From: Cycas panzhihuaensis
Taxonomy: Eukaryota; Plantae; Cycadophyta
NCBI GenBank assembly: GCA_023213395.1
Contig: CM041465.1
Span: 152,155,741-152,219,740, forward strand
Length of the DNA stretch: 64,000 nt
Reading direction: 5' to 3'
A program made the translations under genes and the position numbers. Positions within the stretch are counted from its first letter, which is position 1. Each line of letters opens with the position of its first letter. The notes below the pieces were generated by a model. That model ran no database searches, had not been told where the DNA came from, and saw only the letters and a list, made by a program, of their open reading frames with translations. This document shows positions 1 to 9,992 of the stretch, in pieces.

Positions 1-810
1 AGGTATTCAGGGAATGCAGAGGATATCGCCCGTTAGTCCTGTTACCGGTAAGTACCTTCATATTTGTTATATTTTCATGTTGTTTCACTTATTAGTTGGT
101 GCTTTCTTTCTTTCTTGGCATCGCATTTGATTTTCCAGGGAAGGTAAGGAAGCCCCTCTTTTCTACCCGCTGTAATAACTTGCATCTGACGCGCCGCGTG
201 GAACGGTTTGGTGCTCCTCGAGAAGGCTTCTTCATCACGCACGCCCTCGGTCCAGGTGCACGTTTCGCTCTACTTTGCTACCTCCTTTTTGCCTTTTATT
301 TTTCCTGTAGTAATTAGCACATTGGAAGAAAAAAGGGGAAAATTTAGTTTCATGTCTGGTTGCATTTCATTTATTTTGTTATATATAATTTTACTTTTAC
401 CATCCATAGGAAAGGTTGTAGGAACCCTCTTTCTCCACCTTTTTCCTCTTCTCTTCAACCACACAAGTGCCTTGCCTCTCGCATCACTCGTGTAAATCTT
501 AGGTTGTGTAGGCTTACTCTTGACTCTTTCCCTTTGGATTTCCTCTTCCCCCTTCTGGCCACCCAAGGGTGGGAGGGTCCTGCCTCTAGGTCAACCCAGG
601 TTTGCCCCACGCACCTACACCCCTTGCTCGAAGCAGTGAAGGGTCACCCGATAGTAGCCATACTCCATTGCAGATCCTGAACTCGCGCTCTGTCGCACGG
701 GGCACTCTGCGTGATAGTTACTCACCTCTTAGGTTCTACCTTCTATCATTTCACCACTCACTCTCCTCCATACCTATCAGTTAGGTAGTTATCCCGTAGC
801 TGGCCCATCA
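1..810 (+). repeat. 5' LTR (3' part) of Tat element
   Basis: ~95% identical by eye to 11346-12156; clear identity ends at 800, probable terminus ...TGGCCCATCA at 810 directly before the PBS. Confidence 0.9.
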
Positions 811-828
811 TGCGACCATACTGGGGAC
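811..828 (+). promoter_or_regulatory. Primer binding site, tRNA-Arg-like
   Basis: TGCGACCATACTGGGGAC resembles the Ogre/Tat Arg PBS TGGCGACTCCACTGGGGA (one G missing). Confidence 0.7.
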
Positions 829-981
829 TGCCAGTAAGGGAGTTAGTTTCGCTCTCTTCGGTTGGTTTCGCTACTCTTATGTGATCCTTTTTATACCTAT
901 TTTGATTTCTACGTTGGGTAGCCCCCAACACGTGCGTTTTGCCGTTCTCTCTCTTTCCCTAACATTGTTGGTTGATCTCGT

Positions 982-3480
982 ATGCGACGCTTTTCTCGTC
1001 GCTTGCGCGGTTTACCTCCATTGTTAGAAGACCCTGAGTATCACCCTCTTCTTTTATCAGATTCTGATATGACTATGGAGGGATACTCTTCTGATTGGGC
1101 CTATCATACTTCAACCTTGGAAACCCATGCTTTTCCTTCTTCTATTCCTGGTTCCACCCAAGAGGGTGACGAACCCTTTTATTACCCAAATGACCAACAC
1201 TTTTCACTTGATGCCCATCCTTTTACCCATGCCGTGGAAGGATCCGTTCCTCTCGAGGCTGGCCACGTAGTTGGCGACTCTTATGAGGAACATTCCGAGG
1301 AACCTACTTTGTTCAAGGTTCCAATCACCTCTTACGAGTATGTAGGGACTCCTCCTGCTGATGTAGTTGAAGCTCTCAATGAGTGTCGCCGCGCGGCACG
1401 CTTGCAACCACGTCCCGGGTGGCTTGAGGATGCCCTTCATGGAGGAGCCTCTTCCTCTTCTGCTCCTCCCCCTCATGCCTCATCCTCATCCACTCTTCCT
1501 TCGACAACGAATCCCTTCGTGCTTACACGTGCGTCCCACTCGTTTCTTATTCCTGCAGTGGGGGCACGTGTTGCACCTTCCATTCCCCATCTAGGTCCTA
1601 ATGCCTTAGAATCTTCTCATGGTGTGTCTTTCCCTCAACTGAAGGTTAGCATACCTGTCCCTAACCAAACCAATGTGCCATCCCCTAACGTGGCGCATAC
1701 CGTTCCTAGTAGGCCTGTCGGTCCTACTAGCCTTCCAATCACTAGTCGTGTGGGACCCGCTCCCACGCATCCTCCAACCCAACGCGTTGGTGCTTCCTTC
1801 TATGCTCCCCCAGGGTATACTTCTCAACCTTGGGGGCAGGGTAGAGGAAGCCGTCTTCCCGTTTATGGGGTGGATCCGCTACACCCATATGGGGTCGCCC
1901 CACCTACGGGCGGTCCATAGGGGCAAAACCTGGTTCCGCATCCCTCTTGCCCATCTTCCAGCGCAATTCCATCCGTTATGCCTTCGCAAGGGAACACGAC
2001 TCCCTTCCAAGGCACCTACTCCCATGCCTCTTTTCAGCAAGGGGCGCTTCCTCAAGGAGGGATGGGTGTCCCACCCCCATCCGCTCCTTGTGCGTTACCT
2101 ACTTCAACATTCGTCGATCCTACGGTCCAGGCAAGGGCGCGCCCCTTCATGGACTTTAGGTCAACTCCTCTTTCGGTTGAGGCGTTGCGAACCAACTTGC
2201 CGCCTCATCCCCCTGAAGTTCCTAGATTCGATGGGACTTCGTCGTAAGACCCATCAGAGCATGTCCATAGTTTTTCTATGGCATGCATCGATTACTGGGA
2301 TTACGACCATATTTTGATGAAGCTATTCCTGCGATCCTTGCAGGGTGACCCCCTCAAATGGTTCTACCGTCTCCCTGCCCACTCAATCCATTCATTCCAG
2401 CAATTGGTGGACGAGTTCATCAACTATTTAGATGTAGCCTGTCCATTCGAGAGCGGAATAAAATCCCTTCTTTCGCTCAAACAAGGTCACGACGAGACGA
2501 ATCGTGACTTTGTGCGGCGATTCCATGACTTGCTTCACTCCACTAAGGCAACATTGCCCGAGGAGCTGAAGCGAGACCTTTTCGTCAATGCACTTCGTCC
2601 CGAAGTCCACGTAGAAGTCCTCAAGATGGGGGCGACCACATGTGACTCCGCGATCGCTAAGTATTTGGCATTGGAGGCTATTGAGATCCAAGCCGGTCTC
2701 AAGAAACCTCTCAAGCTCTCACAACACCGTGAGGCACCACCCCCTGTCAAGGATACCAAACCTTCCCAACCCACGCGGTCTTCCTCTCATCCTACCGAGA
2801 GGACTCTAGACCCTCTCACATCAGCTATACGCTTGTTCGAGCTTACGATGAAGGAACTCAAGCTCCAAGCTCCTTCATCCCCCATGTCAAACAAACAAGT
2901 CCAATAAACTACCCAAGCTCCTCTTCCCAGGAATGGAAACGCCCAGTCCTCTCAAGCGAGAAGGTCTGACCCTCTGCTTGAGAAGAAGTGGTGCTCCATT
3001 CATGGGGATTGCTTCCACGACGATTCGCATTGTAGGGACCAGCATCCTAAGGATGCCCCTTGACGCGATTCTTCCCCCAAACGGGCCTCAAGGCCTAATT
3101 TGGATCAACCAGTTCACAAGGATCCGTTCCCTAAACACGGGGAACGCGATCGCAACACCCAAACCAAGAATAACCGTAACCGAGGAAGATCGCCTGATCC
3201 CCGTCCTTCCCGCAATAAAGGGAAGGGTGCTCAGAACTCGTCTTCCTCCTCTCGTTCTCCTAACCATCGCACCCCGTCTCCTTCACGACCCCGGAACAGG
3301 GGGAAGAAGGTGATCCAGTTGCTTAAAGCAACTCCTACTTTTGCCCTTACACGATCTCAAGCCGCTAAGGAAGCGGAGTCGCTTGTTCTTACGCCTTCTG
3401 ACCCTCTTCCGGAGACCCTTCCTCCGGAAGTCCCTCTCTTTCCCAAGGCTATTCTTGTACGCCCGGGTCGTTACGATTTT
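982..3480 (+). pseudogene. gag: gag region: long Pro/Ser-rich N-terminus, retrotransposon gag core, CHHC zinc knuckle; interrupted by in-frame stops
   Basis: ORFs 982, 1978, 2278, 3100 share one frame, broken by stops at 1918, 2245, 2905; gag core MKLFLRSLQGDPLKWFYRLP...F; KWCSIHGDCFHDDSHC at ~2985-3035. Confidence 0.85.
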
Positions 3481-3739
3481 TGAAGGGCACTTACCCAACC
3501 TACCGGGAAGGGTAAGCCCTTCTCTATTGTGGACGAGCTTCATACAGTCGCTGTAGGAATGTCCTTGATGGATGTTCTAAGGAGTTGTCCCGAGTAGCGG
3601 GCCCTCCTCCTGGAAGCTTTAGGGTCAAGTGATGCGCCTGTACATGCTTTGGGTGTCGCCCAAGGTGGTGGACCCGTTATTTCCTTTGATCCTAAGGATC
3701 TTCCTCCCGCCGGTGAAAGGGAACGTTAGTGGAACTTCC

Positions 3740-4100
3740 CGTTCACCATCACGATCGATACGCCTGATTATACTCTTGAAGGACCTGTCGAAAATGGTTC
3801 TTCCACAATGCCATGCCCTTGCGTGTCATGCAAGAGCTTGGTATCTCTGCCTTGGAACACGTTCCCTGGCGATGCCAAGGTTATGACGGTAGCGAGAAGA
3901 CCCCTCTGGGATCTGTCGCAATTCCGCTCACCCTTGAGGGCAAGACTGTTCTTGCCGACGTTGTAGTCCTCGACGTTGACGTGGATTACAACCTCCTCCT
4001 AGGTCGTCCATGGCTCGATCAAATGGGAGCCGTGTGCTCAACTCTTTGGGGACAACTTAAATTCGTCCATGACGGACGAATGAGAGTGATTCCCCACGAA
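3740..4100 (+). pseudogene. Aspartic protease (frameshifted; active site reads VENGSS)
   Basis: GYDGSEKTPLG...YNLLLGRPWL motif; expected DNGS reads GAA AAT GGT TCT at 3790-3801. Confidence 0.85.
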
Positions 4101-4859
4101 CGCCCTTTTACCAAACAAACCCGTTCTACCAGTTCAGCAAACCAAGGTTCATCTACTCACGCCTCGGCTTGCTCTATTGGTATACCTAACCCATCCGAAG
4201 AAGACCCTGCGTCTTCTCCCCCTAGTCTCAAGCGGTTCGCCCCTATTGGCGTGGGGAGTTACGGGTACCTTACTTCGTTTAGTGATGATGAGTCGCTCGA
4301 CGAAGATGAGGATTGTCTTCACCCCGTCTCTTTCCTCCGCCAAGAGGTCGTGACCGGCTTGTTCTAGATCCTCATCTAGAACCCCTCTCGTTAGTGAGGC
4401 TAGCTGCTTGTGCGTGTCACACGTCATCGCTCGTGTTGACCAGCCTATCACCAATTATTCTTCTTCATTACCTCCCGTAGTTAATGGCTTCGAAGAATTA
4501 CCTTTCGCTCCTTCTGAGGAGCCTCTTCTTGTTTTTCTGCTAGATTCCCATGGGGAAGTCGAGCGACCCGATGACCATCGCGGTCCCGTTGCTCTTACTC
4601 CCTCCAGTGCTTCCTCTACTCGAAGTAAGGTCATCCATGGGGTGGATTATTTCGAGGACGATGAAGCCCTGCTTAAGCATCTGGCGGGCCTCGCACCCAA
4701 CTTGCCTTCTGTTCACTACCGGCTTAGTCATCAGAAGATTCTCACGATCGGATCCACGCTTGCTGATCTAATCCCGTCTCCTATTCCTCCTCCTCCCGTT
4801 GATCTTGCCTCTCTCCACTTCGAGGAGGGCAATGCCATGAGCATGGGGGAAACTCAAGA

Positions 4860-5700
4860 CATAGTCTTGGCCCCGTGCAAGGTCATTAAGGTTGGGTTGG
4901 AATGTTCCCCTGATGAGATAAGGGAGTACTCCCTTCTGTTCCAGGAGTTTCGAGACATTTTTGTGTGGGATTATACTGACATGAAGGGAATCAACCCCTC
5001 GATTGTCACTCATAACCTCACCACCCTTCCTGGCGCCCGCCCTATGCGCCAGAAGTAGCGTCCCCTTCACCCAAAGCTATCTGCTGCCGTCAAGATGGAG
5101 GTTGAGAAGCTTCTTGACGCTGGGCTCATTACTTCTATTGACTACCCTAAGTGGGTCTCCAATATTATTCCCGTTGCTAAAAAGAATGGGGCAATCCGTA
5201 TATGCGTCGACTTTCACGACATCAACAATGCTTGTCCTAAGGACAATTTCCCGTTACCCTTCCTCGATCAATTCATTGATCGCACCACCGGATTCGAAGT
5301 GATGTCCCTAATGGACGGCTTCTCTGGCTATAACCAAATTCAGATTTCTCCTGAAGACCGCCATAAGACGGCCTTCACTACTCCCTGGGGTACCTTCACC
5401 TACAAGGCGATGCCCTTTGGCCTTAAAAATGCAGGTGCTACTTACCAAAGAGCCATGTATTTTATCTTCCATGGCCTCATCAATGACAGCTGGAGGTCTT
5501 CATGGACGATATGATGGGTCTCTCCCGCGTGAGGGCCCATCACCCTTCCGACTTGCGTGCCATCTTCTCACGATGCCGCGAGTATCACGTTAGTCTTAGT
5601 TCACTTAAATGTGTGTTTGCCGTTACTTCGGGTAAACTCCTCAGATTCCTTGTATCCAAACGAGGAATTCAGATTGACCCTGACAAAGTCAGAGCGATCC
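4860..5700 (+). pseudogene. pol: Reverse transcriptase (stop at 5056, frameshift ~5490)
   Basis: RICVDFHDINNACPKDNFPLP, MDGFSGYNQI, KTAFTTPWGTF, MPFGLKNAGATYQR, FMDD. Confidence 0.95.
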
Positions 5701-5885
5701 TCGACATGCCGCCACCTAGAACTCAATGGCAGATTAAGTCGTTTCTAGGTAGGCTTGGTTTCCTTAGGTGCTTCTTAGCCAACTTCGTTGTGAGAGCTAA
5801 ACCTCTCACGAACCTATTAAAGAAGGGAGCTCCTTTTGCCTAGTCTGACAAGACCCAAAAGGCCTTCGAAGGACTCAAGGAAGCC

Positions 5886-6300
5886 TTGGCTTCCGCTCCT
5901 ATGTTGGCGCCTCCCCAATTCGATAGGCCCTTCATCCTGTATACCTCAGCGACTGACGAATCCTTGGGCGCTATGCTCGCTCAGGAGGACGACTCGGGAA
6001 CTGAGAGAGCTATATATTTTATCAGTCACGCTCTCGTGGCTGCTGAGCTTAACTATTCTCCTGCCGAGAAGGAATGCCTCTCCTTGGTCCATGCGACCAA
6101 GAAGTTCAGGCACTATTTACTCGGCAACACCACCAAGGTGATCGTTCAATCCGATCCCTTGCGATACTTACTAACTCATTCAGATTTGACAGGTAGGGCT
6201 GGTCGTTGGGCCGTCCTACTCCAAGAATTCGATCTCCACATCGTCAACTAGAAATCAAAGAAGGGAATGATAATGGCCGAGCAACTCACGGACGCCCCTA
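5886..6300 (+). pseudogene. pol: Gypsy-type RNase H, degenerate (first catalytic Asp absent)
   Basis: PFILYTSATDESLGAML...NYSPAEKECL...FRHYLLG...RWAVLLQEFD. Confidence 0.9.
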
Positions 6301-6399
6301 TCCCTAACTCCTTTGATACTCCCGTTGACGACCCTCTCCCCGACGAGTCTATCCTAACGGTTCAGGGAGCTTCTCTCCATCCACTCATCGATAATGAGT

Positions 6400-7633
6400 G
6401 GTACGGCGACATAGTGCAGTATCTTACACAACAACAATACCGCCCCGACGCTAGCAATAAAGTTAAATCTCGTATCCAGACTTCTGCGAGGCAATACCTC
6501 CTTATGGATGAGGTATTGTACAAGAGGTCCTTCGATGGGATCCTCCTCCGTCACACACCGACGGTCCACTGCATTTCGCGAATGCCACCACGGCATTTGT
6601 GGAGGTCACTTTGGGGTCCAGTCTATGGCTCAGAGGATCCTCCGCATGGGCTATTTCTGGCCATCTCTTTTCAAAGACGCTCACGCCTTTGCTCTGAAAT
6701 GTCGGTGATGTCAAGAGCACGCCAACATTTCCCATGTGCCTTCTGAGGCCCTGCATCCTATTGTTTCACCATGGCCTTTCGCTTAGTGGGGACTAGAACT
6801 TATCAGTGCTATCTCCCCACCTTCGTCGTCGCAGCACAAGTTCATCTTGACTGCCACGGAGTATTTCACCAAATGGGTGGAAGCTATTCCTTTGATCACT
6901 ACTCCTGGCAAAACGATTTCCACATTCATTTATCAGCATATCATTTGCCGTTTCAGAATTCTGGACATCCTAATAACTGATAATGGAACTCCTTTCTGTA
7001 ATAAGGAGGTGGACGAGCTTTGTAAGAAGTTTAAAATTTCTCACAAGACTTCCTCCCCTTACTACCCTCAGGCAAATGGCCAAGTGGAGTCTTTTAATAA
7101 GACTCTTGTCAGCATCCTCAAGAAAACCGTTGCTCAATCCCAAAGGGATTGGCACCTTCAGTTGCCCTCTGCCTTGTGGGCTTATCGTACCTCTATCCAT
7201 TCCGCCACGGGAATGACCCTGCCTCCCCGGTCTACTGATCGAGGTGGTACTCCCGTTGGAGGTGGAGATTCCTTCCTTACGAGTCTCCCTTCAAGGTTTC
7301 ATCGATGAAGAGTCGATCTGTCAGGCCCGCCTGCTGGACCTCAAAGCTTTGGATGAGAGACGCTTAGCCGCCTACCAGGCTAACCTAGCATCCAAAGCCC
7401 GCTCACAAAGGGCCTATGACAAACGCCTTCATTCCTGCCCTTTATTTCCTAGGGACTACGTCCTCAAGCTCGAATATCTCCATGACCGTTTGACTAAATT
7501 CAAACCCCGATGGGTTGGTCCTTTCGTCATTGTCGAATCCCTCGATAATGGTGCCTATAGGATAGCCACCCTAGAAGGGCTTGAATTTGAGAAAGCTATT
7601 AATGGGAAGTTCCTTAAGAAGTTTTATGCGTGA
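6400..7633 (+). pseudogene. pol: Integrase with HHCC, DDE core and GPY/F tail; stops and frameshifts
   Basis: CHHGICGGHF..CR*C, ATEYFTKWVEA, ITDNG, YPQANGQVE, RWVGPF, KFLKKFYA-stop. Confidence 0.95.
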
Positions 7634-8023
7634 TCTCTCAGCGATCCCTTCGCCTTACTCCGAAATGAGCCTAAACTACCATATTAGGTTGTCCCCATTC
7701 TTCCCAACCATGGGTAGAATGGCAATTTAAGATGGATCCTGCTTCGTCTTTCCAGTTCCCTCCACGGAACCCGCGTTCCCGTATCCTCTCAGGAACCCTT
7801 GTGTCGTATTGCTTGGGCATTCCCCAATCAGGAGGACGCTTGGGGGCATCGTCGCCCCTCTTTCCTGCCCGCCATTTCCTTCGCATATCCCGCTATGCTC
7901 TCCTGTAAACGTGTATACCGTGCTATCCTCTAACCTCACACCTCTCCGTCGTCTCCACTCACGACGTGTGTGTGTGTGTGCTCCTATTAGACATATAGCC
8001 ATACATGGAAGGAAACATGTGTC

Positions 8024-8100
8024 CACAACATAAAATATCCACAACATAAAATATCCATAACATAAAACATCCACCATATAACATTCACAAAACACAAAAT
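8024..8100 (+). repeat. Short ~16-bp tandem repeat in the 3' region
   Basis: CACAACATAAAATATC x2 followed by 2-3 decayed units. Confidence 0.7.
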
Positions 8101-8736
8101 AAATATACATATCATCCACATATGATACATCATGCACAGCATCTCATATCCGAATGGGGTTCCAATCACCCCATGCATATATATATATATACACATCCAA
8201 AATCATGTCACATCATACATCCTGCGAAGCTGGTGTCCTTGCAGGGGGGTACAATCATATAGTCCTATATATGACCCCCTGGAGGCCCGTGCTTTCCCCT
8301 GTCAAAACTACATGTACATATCCTACTGCTGTTGCCCTGCTCCTCGGGTGCCGTCTCCTGGTCTCTGTGATCCCTCTCTTGGTGACCACATGCCTCTGAG
8401 GCTCCTCCTGGGCCTCCGCGAGCTGCCCGCCTCGCTCTCCTCATCTCTCGGTTGTCTCGGGGTTGTCACCCTGGACTCGTTTCCGCGGCCCTTTCTCGCT
8501 CTTGGGGTCCCCAAAGGGAATGCTTTCCCGCCTGGGGGCATGTTTTGCTTTCTAGAGCGACCTTTTGGTGCCCCAGGAGGCTGTTTCTTCCGACCACCTT
8601 CTCCCGATGATCAGATTGCTTGCTCTCGCCCTGGGTAACCTCATTGCTAGGTCCTCCTACCCTTCACGGCCACTTTCTGCTTGCCTTTCGAGTGTTGCTT
8701 TCATTGCCCATTGACTGCCTGGATTTTGTGTCACCT

Positions 8737-9156
8737 ATGTCCATCTACATCTTTACCGACGGCGGAAGCTGCGGTAATCCTGGACCTTCTACCGCTGCTT
8801 GGATTCTTCGTAGCCCTTCTGGACATGATCTCCTCTGCTTTGGGATCTTCCTCCCAGAGGCTACCAACAACGAAGCTGAGTATACACCGTTATGAAGCCC
8901 CATCGATGCCCTCCATTTCCATCACGGATCCATCATTCTGCTTTGCGACTCTCAAGTTGTGGTGTCTCATCTCACCCAGGTTTACCAGGTGCGATGCCCT
9001 CACTTGAGGACTCTTGCTTCTGCTGCCAGATCCCTCCTGGCCTGCTTCTCTTCTATTGATATCCAGCATATCCCCCAGGCCCTCAACGCTGAGACAGATA
9101 GCCTTGTTCGCCTAATCCTTGAGCGCCACCTTCCTCTCCTTGCTGACCGTCCCTGA
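8737..9156 (+). pseudogene. Archaeal-type RNase HI (aRH), separate ORF downstream of integrase
   Basis: MSIYIFTDGGSCGNPGPS...TNNEAEY...CDSQVVV...QHIP..N.ETDSL: D-E-D-D residues present; local lesion at 8887-8900. Confidence 0.92.
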
Positions 9157-9992
9157 GGCTTGCCTGGCCTTCCCGTCGCCCAAGCCCCAGGTCGTCTGCC
9201 ACTTTGCTTTGCGATTCGTTTGCACCTCCGAAACCTGGTCACTGATGAGGTAAAACTATGGTGCTTGCTCTTTGCTTACTCTTTACTTGGCTATGCATGC
9301 TCTCCTTTGCATCATTTGTGGTGGGGGCAGCCCCCTCGCCCGTCTCCTTCTTCTAGTCGGTTCCCAGGTGGCTCATAGGCAGCCCCTATGTTGTCTCCAT
9401 CGCCGCTTTCATATCCACGCGTTCCGCCACGACACTTGCCGGCACCCTTGCCTACTGTTATGATCTTGATTGATATATCTATATACGCATGTACTCTTGC
9501 GGTTGTGTTGCCGTGATTCGCCATCGCACTGAGCTTCCGGCGGTGAGGCTCACGCCAAGGCGATGTTTCCTGGCTCCCGGGAATGGATACGGAATCACCG
9601 ACTCAGGTAAGTGTAGGTATGTTTCTCGCATTATCACCTCTTTCTTTTTATGAGTATTTGCTCGCATGTCTGCTTGTATGTGGCTTTGTGGGCAACCTTG
9701 CTGTTGTCCACACTTATTTTAGCCTATGGCGACTATAGCAGGGGCACACTCCTAGCGAGTGTAGCACCCTGGTGACCATATTACTTCCCGCATATGCCCT
9801 CCTTGCTCCAGGATCCACTAGGTTTGCACCACCTCCGCCCGTATGATGACTCATCATCGTTTGGTTAACTTGCCACCCCACTCAAGCCCTATTTTTGCTC
9901 CCTTGGACCCGTTTGTTGGCTTGTGTACCCCTGGGTAGGTGTTCTAATCCCCTTTTTGCCCTTCTGGTCATCTGCCCCCAGTCTAGATAGGC

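Noticed and set aside
96-784. Short ORFs duplicated at 11441-12134
   Set aside because: They recur only because they lie in the LTRs; an indel changes their frames between copies and no domain is recognisable
7400-7633. Chromodomain at the integrase C-terminus
   Set aside because: Pol ends right after the GPY/F module, as in non-chromoviruses
8132-8638. env-like ORF after integrase
   Set aside because: No signal peptide or transmembrane pattern; frame not evidently conserved in relatives
8737-9156. aRH as a bacterial/archaeal rnhA gene, contamination or recent horizontal transfer
   Set aside because: It lies between integrase and LTR and recurs in three related plant retroelements; this RNase H class is known in plant Tat elements
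9845-9855. Alternative 3' LTR start TGATGACT
   Set aside because: 5-bp match to the LTR end and conserved in the relative, but preceded by pyrimidines; 9993 fits the terminal inverted repeat better. Unresolved without the upstream window
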